A program made the position numbers and the translations under genes. From assembly GCA_973851085.1 (NCBI GenBank), contig OZ316775.1, positions 20,708,001 to 20,772,000 of the forward strand: a DNA stretch of 64,000 bases, written 5' to 3'. Of the stretch, positions 26,204 to 37,860 are shown one piece after another (position 1 is the stretch's first letter; every line of letters begins with the position of its first letter). The notes beneath the pieces are model-generated. The model searched no databases and was not told where the DNA came from. It saw only the letters and a program-made list of their open reading frames with translations. This DNA comes from Ptychomitrium polyphyllum. Its lineage: Eukaryota.

Positions 26204-27204
26204 CTTCACGTGATGGGGGAAGCTTCTAACTGTGATACTATCTGCTGTTACTTTCAGTGTCGCATGACGTAATAAGATCCCGCCTACTTTGTAGTCATAA
26301 TTAAGTCACCGTCCTCAGCAACAGGCTGCCTCCAGCGAAACCTTCGACGAGAATAGAACAGTAGTACCCTCTGATAACCCCTCCCGAACAAAACATATCT
26401 AACGATCAGAAGAGGAACAGTACCAAAGAAATGCTCAGATCAACAGATACAAAATATAAGATCTTATGGATAGCAGAGAGGTTACCACACCAATTATAGA
26501 TGACTTTAAACTAATTCGGGTACATGAAAGTACAAAGTCTTAATACGAATTGCAGACAAATGAGAAACCGTAATTATCCCACCGCAATTATTCGGCCATC
26601 ATTTGCACTTAAGGAGTCATAATGCAAAGGTCGAATCTAGCACCCATGGATTAGATTTCTCTACGTGCGGAAGTGAGCCAACCTAGTAACCTTCACGGAT
26701 TCTGCCTACAGTTCTGCCTTACATCTTAGCCAGCACAGGGTACTATTATTCAAGTAGGCGTGCAGCCAATCGCCAGCGTTGGAGGACGAGATTTCTGTTC
26801 CACACACCACAAGCACATCTGAGGCTCCACTTCCAACAAAAGCAAGCATACGTTCTTCTCTAAGATTACGTTTCATCAATACATCACTGACCAGAACAGA
26901 GCCATAAAGACGATCAGAAATACACATTTACCTTGCAACACTAAGCAAGCATCCACAAATTCCACTCATGGATTCTAAATGGGACGTTAAAATCAAATTA
27001 GACTAAAGCCAAAGCACGGGAATCAAAAAAGAAAGCAGGATCATTCAAGCACTAGAATCTTCCATGCAGCCTCCGGAGTACTCAGCAATAGATGCAAAGG
27101 CCTTCTGACGACAAACGATGCATCATATTACTTCTCTATCTCTTCTCCAGCCAGACCCTAATTCGCAACCCGAGTTCAACACAAGATGCGTCCAATAGCG
27201 ACGG

Positions 27205-28100
27205 AATTGCGCGCCTCAAATGCGACACTAGAATCAGTCACTCGCAACATGCCGTTAAACCGCCTCGGTACTCCTCCTCGCACTACGAATTAACCTCTCC
27301 TCAAACCTGTACTCATGAATCAAATCTGCACTCAGGAGTTCCAAAAAAATTCTTCAAATCGTTCCACACTGAGCTGGCTCACCAACCTTCCAACCTAAAC
27401 ACCGCTCCTCCTAGTATACACTCCGAATTCGCCATCTACGCACAACGCACACCATATTATACGCACAAAAACTAACGAACTAGCTCAATCTAACATACAA
27501 TTACAGACGTGTAAACCAAACCTCCAAAAATAAACTCTCCAAACTCCTCCAAACTCTCCATCGCCAAGCAAACACAAGCATTCTTCATGCTCTCCCGGAC
27601 TCACTACTAAACAACATTCCACGGCTCCATTGCGATTGATTGAGAACCTCACACAATCAAACAATCAACCACGCATAGTACCACCACCTAACAGCCTGCA
27701 CGTAACAGAACTCCAACACTCCCTCTCAAACTAGCGCTCACTCTCCCGAATCCTCCACCACGCGTACCCCGAGGCACTAACGCATCTAAGCTCCGGACAA
27801 TCAAGCGCTCACCACAACGACACTAGAAACCAAAACACCGAAATCTAGAAGAAAAGACAAGGCACAGAGCGCTCACGCCACGGAAGCTATCACGGTTTAG
27901 AAACACTCCACCCACACAGAATGCGACACAATTTCGCGTCTCAAATGCGACACTAGAATCCATCACTCGTCACATACCTGAAAACCGCCTCGATACTCCT
28001 CCCCGCACTAGGAATTAACCTCCTCCGAAAACCTACACTCATGCATCCGACAGCACTGACGAATTCTCGAAAGCGCTCCACGCTCAGCTCGCTCACCCGC
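27205..28100. repeat. Diverged direct repeat, two ~170-180 bp copies (27205-27385 and 27930-28100), in the PA200 5' leader/first intron
   Basis: Shared blocks ctcaaatgcgacactagaatc, aaaccgcctcg.tactcct, cgcacta.gaattaacct, actcatg.atc and tccac.ct.agct.gctcacc occur in both copies in the same order. Confidence 0.85.
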
Positions 28101-28159
28101 TCACTCGCTCGCCAACCGATGACGCTAACACCGATACCGCTAATGAAGCAAAGTAAGAA

Positions 28160-28520
28160 AAGCTAGAACAACAGAGCACGGAGCGTCATGAAGGAGCAGC
28201 ACCAGAAGAGCAAAGAGACGAAGAAAGGCGGCGACGAGAGCAGAAGAGAACGGAGCAGCGAAGAATGGGCTGCGTGGCCGCCGTAGTGGAAAAGGAAGAG
28301 ATCGTCACAGGGCAAAGAAGTGTCTGTACACAAGTGTCGGAGGTTTGGTGCGATCGCGGAAGAGAGATGGAGTGGAAAGCGGAGAGAAAAGCTCGAGGCG
28401 TCGGAGAGCGGGGGGGAAAGACTGGCGGGGCCCGATATGACAAGAGGCTGCAGGGCAGACAAAGACTCCCCCGCCCATGAGAGAGAAAGAGAGAGAGAAA
28501 GCGAGAGAGAGAGGGCGTCT
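28160..28520 (-). promoter_or_regulatory. Probable TSS/5'UTR first exon region of PA200 with a (CT)n/(GA)n tract
   Basis: GC-rich island with gagagagaaagagagagagaaagcgagagagagag at ~28479-28513 (CT-rich on the - strand), bounded by AT-rich intergenic DNA above ~28950. This is typical of plant 5' ends. Confidence 0.5.
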
Positions 28521-31500
28521 GCAAGGGAGACTTGGAGCATGATATCATTCGCACTGTGGCACGGCAAAGTGGCGCTCCTCGGTCGCTCATTCGTCCAATT
28601 CCTCAGGCCGGAAAGTTTACGGGTGCTTTTTACTGCTTTTTCCTTCGCCTTTCCCGATGCGAGTTCCACGCTTTTACGGTGTTCCTTCGCTTTTTCGGTG
28701 CTGGATGTCCTTACGGTGCTCGATGGCTTCGTTGCTTCATTGGCGCAGAAAGGTTGCCACTGCCAGCGCTGCACTTGCTGTTTTTTCCTTTGCTTTTATC
28801 AATGCTTGATACTTGTATGGTTTTTCCTTTGCTTTTTCCGGGGGTTTCATGAATGTTGTGCTTTTTGACGGTCCATGCTCTTATGCTGTTTTCCATTATT
28901 CGTCGAGTTTCATCCACACACATTGAAAGTTTGTCACTACTTTTATGGATTTTTAAGGTAATTTTCAGCTAATAAATCTATCATTGAATGGATCTTTCTT
29001 CATGAAATATTTATGTATTTGTTTTGCATAAAAAGTTATACTTTTGAATACATTATTAGTATGAGAAATAATATTGTTGAATTGGAAATGATACACTCAT
29101 ATATTTTCTATATTATTGAGAAGTATTAAGTAAAAAAAATTTAAGAATCACGTGAGTATATTGGTGTAAAAGATATGCATGGACATTTGAATGGATAAAG
29201 GTAGTTGTATAATAATGAATCAATAAATAATTCAATCACATGGTAAAATATTTATTAATCAACATTAGAGACTAATAAAATCAAACATTAATTGATTAGA
29301 AATTGATTATTATTATATAATAAATTCAAAAAATCATTTTAAATAATTTTACATGCAAAATCTATTCAAAAAAACTACAAAATCAATCTAATAAGTATTA
29401 TAGCTAAATGTTCAAATTGAACATGAGTTAATAGATTATAAATTATACTTCTCCAATCTTAAATGTATAATTGTCAAATTTTTGTTTAATATATTATTTA
29501 AATGAAAATTAAATTAAGTAGCAAAAATTGTGCAATACGTAGTTTAAAAAGAAAATTAAAGATGTTGTAGGTTTTATATTAAAATCTTTCATTGTAAACT
29601 ATATCTTATTATACAATATATTAATCATTCTTTTTTTTTTTTAAATTAATTTTGTCATGTTTATTAAAAAAAATGACCATGAAAGTATATTGAGTCATCA
29701 AATATAGGAATGTCATCAAAAGAAATACATATAAAAATTGATATATTGAAAAAATATTTTAATTTTTTCTTGTTTAGAATGCAATGCAAGCATTCTTGAA
29801 GTAAAAGTATTCTTAAAACCATTCTTATATTATGTCTACTTATTTAATTAATCAAGCTTTTATATTATGATGTTTTCAAAAGTTTCAAATTTGCCATCAT
29901 TGCTTTACTGTTGAATGTATTGTAATTTAATTCAAATAGATTTTAAAGATAGATATATAAAATTGAATTATAAAAATAAATTCAAATGGTATTCAAATGT
30001 CTTAGTTTTAAAATAGGCCTTTTCTATGTTAACTACAACAATCTAAATTAATAATTATTACAATTTGAATAATAATAAATTTCCTATTATTTTAATATAA
30101 ATTTTTTTCTTAAAAATGAATAAAACCAATAATATGAAGTAGAAGATGTTTTTTATTTAAATTACATTTTTATTCTTACTTCTCAAATAAAAAGAAGTTA
30201 CACTTACATTATTTCATAAGATTTTAGCATACAAATTATGGAAATCAGTTTTGAAAGTGATTTGAATTATAATGCTTAAGAAAAGTATAACAATCACATT
30301 AAAAAAATACATTTAAATGACAATATTTATGGTGCATACATAAAAAAAATTTAAATGTTTTCAAAAGGCAAAGATTTTTGTAGCATAAAGTATGTAATAG
30401 CTCATAAAAAAAATAACACTTACGATAGTAAAATTTAAAGAGAATTCAATGTACATAAGAAATTACAACTTTAAAGAAAGAATGGAATCTACAAATGAAT
30501 ATTTCAAAGATGAATATAGGCTCTGTAATGCAAATTAAGTTCTTTAAATAGTGGTTGCTTGGACCTTCCTTCATTTTTAGGCAAAACATACTACCAAAAA
30601 CTTTATACCATAACTTGTGAAAGGTAAAAGTTAATAAATAACTTCAATCCAAAGCATGAGATAATATAGATGGATAACAAGCCATGGGAGAAGACAGGAG
30701 GACATCAAAACAATCAAGATAGAAAAGTCTTCCACCATGGACCAACTCTTGGGTCACCATTCTAAGAGCATTTCTAAAAACACTCAATGAAAGAAAAAAT
30801 TTGCGCAATAAGTGCTACCATATTGGTAGTTGACTCATTGTCAAAACCATCTTCAACTTTCTTCTCTCGAGGAGGGTAATACAAGGTGTAAAGCCTTATG
30901 AAAGAACTTAGAAATTTTGACTAATCATACTTTTAACAATCTCTAAATACGGCAAATATCTCTTGTCCTTGAGTAATTGGACAAGGCGTGACAACGCCCG
31001 AAGTAACCTTTGCAATACTCACCTTCCAACTACAACCTCCTCTACGGAACATCCAGATACAGTGTACAGTACCCAAAAGCATAATCGTCTGTGAAGCTTC
31101 CCTCTCTACGATATAATCTTTCTCGAGAGTTTTTCACCTGAACCTTCTCGAAAGTTTTTCACCTGGATAAAATGAAGGTCATGAAAAAACTATGATTAGT
31201 GGTTGTCATTCACAGGCCTTCTCCCGTTCACATGAAATAGAGGGCACAACAGAAGCTGCGACACTGTATTCCGCAAGGACGGTACTCCGCCGAACGTTCC
31301 TCACTTTTACCCCTGAGAAGGTATTGCTCCTCCTATGCCTGCAACAACCAAGCACTAGTTGCAAAACAGAAGCATGCACACTACAAACACGTACCTTTGC
31401 TTAGTAAACATGGTAGCAAACGTATATGCATGGAGAGTGGACTGGGGGAATCCAAAGCGTCCAGAGTCATGTGTGTCCAAGTTCTATATTCGAACTCCAT

Positions 31501-32014
31501 AGATGAGGCCGAGATCTGCCCTGTATTCATGGTTCATCTACAGAGTTTGACTGTGGAATATGGACGAAATGCATCTCTGGATACTTTGGATTTCCCTAGT
31601 GATATGTCTAGTGGTGTTTCTGAGCGTACCGCTGGGAGCCGACACCACCAAGCAGGGCAGGCTCTTGGTGAGCAAGACCAAGACAGATACTGCTGGGCTA
31701 CACAGAATCGGACTCCCATGGGTGCGTCTACATCAACGGTGTAACGAAATCAGAAAAGGCCTATTCTGCAATCTAATCATGTGCTGCTAGCTCATGAACC
31801 AGGGGTCATAAGATTGCCGCTATTATCCTCTGAGAACCGCCTCGCTCAGCATGACGGCTCAAACACCAAAAAATACGCTCAAGTTCCGTGAACGATCAGA
31901 AGACTGGCGCCTCAGTTTCACAACCTCTGGCGTAACAACGCGGATATCATCGCATCTGTAGTACCTTAGTTGTACTATCTCATGTTCCTTCGATTCCGCC
32001 TCATCAAGACCACA

Positions 32015-33380
32015 CATTGGAATTAGTGCCCGTAAAGCCAGTTACCGAGTCGAGGGTCACATAGCAAGCCTGCTTACGATTTCAAACGATGCCCAATGGC
32101 CTGAGTGGCCATCCAGACCACATGGTTGCTGAAGAGGATTGTCACACAGAATTCATAGTTCACGAGGTATGTGAGATCCGAATCATTTCAGCTGTCAAGC
32201 AAAAACAGAACGATACCACATATGCAGTACGTTCAATTGTCTCAAGAAGATTTAGAGTGCTACACGAAACTGAAGGTGCATTTTTCCTGCATTGTCTGGG
32301 AAGACTAAGTCTCGCAAGTTGACGTGTCACAAATTGCGCTTCAAAGTCTTAACCGCTCTGGAACAATCCCTCCCGAACATGAGTTAATGATTCTGGTGCA
32401 TATGAACTTCGCTCGCTCCGGGCCCTCTCAAGAATCTTAGTGCTGATAAATGACTAGTAGCCAAGGTGGTGAGGGTAACTTGGAACTGAATCAATTGGTG
32501 TCCCAATCGAGTCACTAAAAGGCTGCCTGAGAGCACTGGGTCTTTAATTTTCAAAATTGATTATTTTTGATAATTTCAAAGGGGCAGGAACGGTTGTTCT
32601 GCAGCGCCAGTGTCTAGCTTCAAGGGCTGGTGAGCGTACTGAACCCTGACTGTCCGGATATTAGTAGACTTCCTCACCCCAGGCTGATCCTGATCTTCCT
32701 CGACAGGAGTCCCTTACAGTCAGTGAATTTCCTGAAATTAGTCCAATTCCTTTCAATTACGTTAAGCAGTGAAAGATTCACCATCACCGATCAAAACACA
32801 CGGCTCCATTCCCGTCATGTTTCTTTACCAATTGTGATAGGAAGGTTACCTGAAAGATCTTAAGAAGATTATAGGAAATTTATAACACGTGGATTCCATA
32901 CCTTCCTTCAATGATCGCATGACGCTGAAAAAGTCAAATACTGACGTCCTCGCATAAATGTTGTAGTAAAGTATTGAACATATGGCGCAAAAAGAAAAGC
33001 GATTCAGTTCACGTTTCTCTTGTGTGGACAATAACCTACTTATGAAGATTAAAAAAGAATAACCTGGTCAATACTTAGCACATAACATTCTTAAGCTGGA
33101 TGAGAATGCACCAAGATCATGATCAATACTACTAGAACAGTACTCCGCTGCTTCTCCAAGTGCTAAACTTTGTCTGCAAAGTATCTGGCCCCACAAACAG
33201 ACTATCTGGGCCACAGGCTCCATCGTAGAAGTGGTGCAGTGTTAAGTACTCCGTCGCAGACCCTCTCCTGAGAAGCAAGACTAAGTTACTTGTCATCACA
33301 GTACAAGTTGTCAGAGAGAATGACGAGCATAACAGAAGTTGAGGCACTGCAGTCGACAGAACAAAAAGATTTATCCCCAC
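32015..33380 (-). pseudogene. Heavily decayed plant-type extracellular LRR gene (LRR-RLK/RLP-like)
   Basis: Scattered plant LRR fragments on the - strand with stops and frameshifts: DLSGNLPITIGK (~32822-32859), GFSTLTS..TLALQNNR (~32590-32648), FLRQLNVLHMWY (~32214-32249), GNW../FTGT (~32020-32046) and DLGAFSSSLRML (~33085-33118). Confidence 0.45.
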
Positions 33381-34869
33381 TAAATGTTCCTCGCTTTCAC
33401 ATTTTACAAGATATTGCTCATCTTGTGCTTAATTACTAACAAATGCATTCTAATGGTTTCAAATTGCAAAAAAAGGTACTTTTTGCTAAGAGATTCACAT
33501 GAAACGAGAATCTGCAATCCTGACTCTGCGTAAAGGTAGACTGTCTGCGAGGAGTCAAGGCAGCGCGAGGCACCGAGACGGTGAGCTGCACTGCAGCTAG
33601 CGTCCATGGCGATTGGGTTTAAGATTCCAAACTCTCAGACCCTTTAGTTCTGGTGAGACGAGCTTTTCCTGGCGCTGGATTTAGCTCTGGACTCTGGAGT
33701 ACCCGAAGATATCTAGATGGCAACGGAGACTCATGGAAGACTCATGGAAGACTCAGGCTCATCTATGGAATATAGAGAGAGTGAGTTGTCCGTCAACTTC
33801 GGAGCATCATTCGGATATTTTGTACACTCTGCGCACTTTCGTTGGGAGTTCATAATCACCACCTTGTCATGATATCGTTCAGTGCTGAATTGAGTTTCGA
33901 ATGGATCTCTTCTGAGGGCGGTCACAGCCACTCGGATCATGTTTTGAGAAGTCGTTGTTTCTTTTCTTCTGTACGGTTGTGTGTGTTAGGCTCGGAGTTT
34001 GGGTACCATTAGAATCTTGATGAAGTTATGCGAGCAGGTAACATCAGATTCCGGTTACCATGAATTTATGGCACTACTTTGGTGTTTGGATTGCCACAGA
34101 GAAAACTGAAATTGAGGACAGTGTGGATGACATGAGGTAACCCCTGAGTTTTGCGAAAAGGGCGTAAGAGTAGGAAGATCAAAGGGTAGTTTAGTGGGAG
34201 AGAGAAGAATCTATTATGAGCCTCGGCGTCGGATGAGGAAATCCAGAGAACCTGCGCGTTCTTGCACATGTGTTTTGGAGAAGTCGTTATGGATTTTGAT
34301 AGAAACGAGGTATTTGCTTTCGCATGTCTTGATTGTCTCACCTTGACGGAGGGTTTGCAATTCATGAATTTTGAAGTTCTTTTGCTAGTTTGCATTTCGA
34401 GATGTTCTGTTCGCAAGTTTTTAAAGCGAACGCACAAGGAGAAAAGCAGTGCTGGTTTCAGAGCCTCGAGGTGGTCCGGTTCAAGGAGATGTGATACAAA
34501 AGTGTAACGGATACTTGAAATATAGCTTCTGCTTGAGTGCATTAGAGCTAGCTCACAAGGGGATCGTTAGCCTAAAATTGTTTAGGTGCACGTCATCTTG
34601 AAGCAATGAACGGGCAGTGTTGTTAAACCTAATGGCCGACACGCCAAGTCTGCTGGTTGATGCACAAAGTAATCACGAAGATAATGGACCCGGTGAGTCA
34701 CAGATCAGGTAACTGACATTTCAGATTCTATATTTTAATGTGAGTGGGCCTTGTGATGGATTCTCACGGTATCGGAGTCTGGTGTGGGGTACGGTCCTAC
34801 TTTGTTGGTATTGTGCACTGACTTGGTTATATTCTGGTGGAAATCATGCAGTGAGGATGTGAAATTGTT

Positions 34870-37860
34870 GCCAAAGCACAGAACGCTCTTAAGTCATATC
34901 GAAGCACAGAAGCCATTTGTGGAGCAACTATGTGAAGACTTGGAAAACGCTGGGCACTTCCAATTCTTTGATCGTCGTTCTGAGGGCCTGCCCTAGGGTG
35001 AGAGCTTCCCAAGATACCTTTGGCAAGCTGCTGGCCAATGTCATGTGGCAGTAGTGGTGCTGTCCATGGACTACCTCCTCTCCAAATGGCCCTTGATAGA
35101 GTTGAAGGAATTTACAAGGGCAATCCAGCCATCGAGGTTTTCGAGCATCAGCCTGAAAATCTTGCCGCTGTACTATAAGATCAGAGTTGAAGACCTGAAA
35201 CGTGAGTATGATCGTATAACGTCAGTGTGGAGGGAACGTGCAGCAAAGGACATGAAGCTGAATGATACGCACTGCAGTGATGTACTTCAGTTTTTTGCTC
35301 CCATAAATAGGGAGGTGTTTTCAGGAGAACCCGAGTTAGCTTACAGACGGGTGATTGTGTCTTCATTTGCAAACTTTATGTGCCCGATGTTCAATTTGAC
35401 GTGTTTGCCATGGAGGGCAGGGCTCAACTATGTGATGTATGTTCTCTCGTCGATTGCATTATCTGGTAGAAGCGTACAAGAAGTCAGATCTTTTCATTTG
35501 AATTAAGCGTTGGATAAATCTACATTCTGACATCTCATGATCTCAATCCTTGTTTCGTGTTAAGAAATCGTAATAATAAAACATGTATTATTATGTCAAG
35601 TGAACGCATAAGACTGCTTTGATGTACCAGTACTTTGTTGAACCCAATCTTACTTCTTCTTATGATGTGCATGTAATATGCACGTATTGTATTGAGATTT
35701 GTTATCCATGATGGACGGATGTAAGGGTCTTTGGTATGACTTGCCAAGTTTTAGTTGCGGAGAATAGATCCTAATTCGTACTGAAATGGAGAATATGCTA
35801 AGGTAGTAGGTGTGCATGGTAGGGGTGGTACAGGGACGACTCACCTTTTCAAGGCCTTCTGCAATACATATTGTGCGGAGTTGCTGGACGCGTTCTTTAC
35901 GTTGAGCGGAAGGGGTTACCAATACATCATTGAGGCGTAGAAGTTGATATTAGGGGTGTTGACTGATGCAAGCCTAGTACTGTTAACGAGAATTTCAAGC
36001 ATTGAACAGGTTTCAACATCTTCAGCTATGTCTACTCAATGCTATATTTTTCCAGTCTTAATGGAGTTGATGAAACGGTCCTTCGACTTGGAGTTGCTCT
36101 AATTTCCTGTAACGCTGTCACTCGTTGTTACAACAAGTGCGTACGTTCTTCACATGAAGATTGCTCGTCTTTTTGCAGGGTAATGCCATCTTAAATGATG
36201 CCTTGCCCAGGAGAAACACGATTTGGGCCCTCGGCGATGTGCCTGAGGGACGTTCAGAATATACACAGACCCTTCTGCACTTCCTGGGTTCAAGAACCAA
36301 AGCAATTGTGACATCGCGGAGTTTGGATGATCTGAAAAATGTGTTGGAAGAAAAGCCTATTAAACTCTCCTTAGTATCTGACTATCTCGCTGTTGAAAGC
36401 AAACCACTTGAGAAGGTTTCTTGTAATCGGATTCCGCTTTTAGATAAAGATGAAGCCTTCAAAATATTGTATCAACTAGGTTGCTCTCACCATTTACAGA
36501 TGAAGAGATGCAAGTCATGGAGACTTGCCTCAAGCGATGCTTTATCCGGACTAGGATCAACCTATCGTGGTATAGAATCTAGTCCTATTTCTGGACATTA
36601 TCATCTGTAATCTTTGCAAGTACTGGCATCCTATCTAAAAGGAATTGATCCTCGAGAGCTCCTGCAGTGGCTGCAGGAATCGAAGTCCTGCAGGAGAATC
36701 TCCACAAGGTGAGCTAGGTCCACATTTGTTTAGGAATTCTTGCATTATATGTTATCCAGCTATTGTGCTGGAGAGGTTGATCATCTAGTTTGGCATTTCA
36801 ATTGCGTTGATTTACATGGTCCTCTAAATCCAGACGAGATGGCAACGACCGATTGTTGGGGATTGAGATTCGTTGCAGGTGAAGAATTTGCGAAAGAATT
36901 CACCCACCCAAGAACAAGAAGTTGAAGATCACCATACATAGTCTGTATGAATATTTTGCTGAGCATCAGATTCATTTGGAGGAGTCGCAATGAGCGTGTG
37001 TGTACGAGAGGGGTGGGCGGGGCTTGTCCTTGGTTCTTAAGAGTGATCCTCCAAGTCATCGCTGGTCTTCAATTGAAAGGCTCAGGCCTCAAACAACTCC
37101 ATTAATAACCATTCCACGAGAGAAACTTCGTGAGTGGGCCAATCTCGTGACGCTCGACATCACCTTGGTACAGCATAAGAGGTTCGATATTGGCCCGCTA
37201 AATTTTTTGCGAAACTCTCATGGGAGCGCCTGATACAGGAATCAGATTTCAGCACTTGTTCCAACTTGCTGGAGCTGAACATGAGACTCACTAGTGTTGC
37301 TGTAGGTCATGAGAAAATAGACCTGCTGGATCCCCTCCGTGCTTAATGGCAACTACATTGAAAGTCCTTCAGCTCACATGCTGAAACCGGAAAATCCTAG
37401 AACTCCTTGTGCTGGGATCTATGCCTAATTTGGAGGTGTTTATGATTTTTAACGATCATGAGTTTTCCAGCCCTGAAGGGAGCTCGGTCGTTGCAAGATT
37501 GAGTGCGTCGACCCATTCAAGGAGATTGGTACTCAAGAATCTGCCAATCAGGGGTCCATTGCCAGGGCTTGATTTCTTATGTCCCTGGAGGATTTGTTAT
37601 TGAACAGGTGTCGGACGCTAAATGCTTTGCCGACTTTGGGTACACTGACCAATCTACAACGACTTAATGTGTCAAGTACTGCCATTGAGGAGCTCTCTGG
37701 GGTGGGGAAGCTCTTGCAATTATGTAAAGTGTATCTTGTTAACTGCCAGTACTTAAAGAATTTGCCTAATTTACAGTCATGGGGAAATCTCAGAGAGGTT
37801 TCACAGAAGGGAGAGGTTTCACGGGAAGGGTGTCTCTGTCTGTTAAGTTAGCCTCTCCTA
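34870..37860 (+). pseudogene. TIR-NB-ARC-LRR (TNL) resistance gene, pseudogene
   Basis: TIR: PKHRTLLSHIEAQKPFVEQLCEDLE..FFD...LP*GE..AVVVLSMDYLLSKWPLIEL, with an in-frame TAG at 34994. P-loop KVVGVHGRGGTGTTHLFKAFCN (~35800-35865; invariant Lys replaced by Thr). Kinase-2 IWALGDV (DD lost), RNBS-B KAIVTSRS, and a GLPL-like YHL*SLQVLA. LRRs at 37409-37800 (LEDLLLNRCRTLNALPTLGTLTNLQRLNVSSTAIEELSGVGKL). Multiple stops and frameshifts. Confidence 0.88.

Noticed and set aside
28163..28868. Several overlapping 100-200 aa ORFs on both strands
   Set aside because: They arise from a GC-rich, GA/CT-repeat promoter/5'UTR island with few stop codons; the translations are low-complexity.
30480..30900. Coding-like island possibly from a hAT or other TE
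   Set aside because: No recognisable motif in the frames read by hand.
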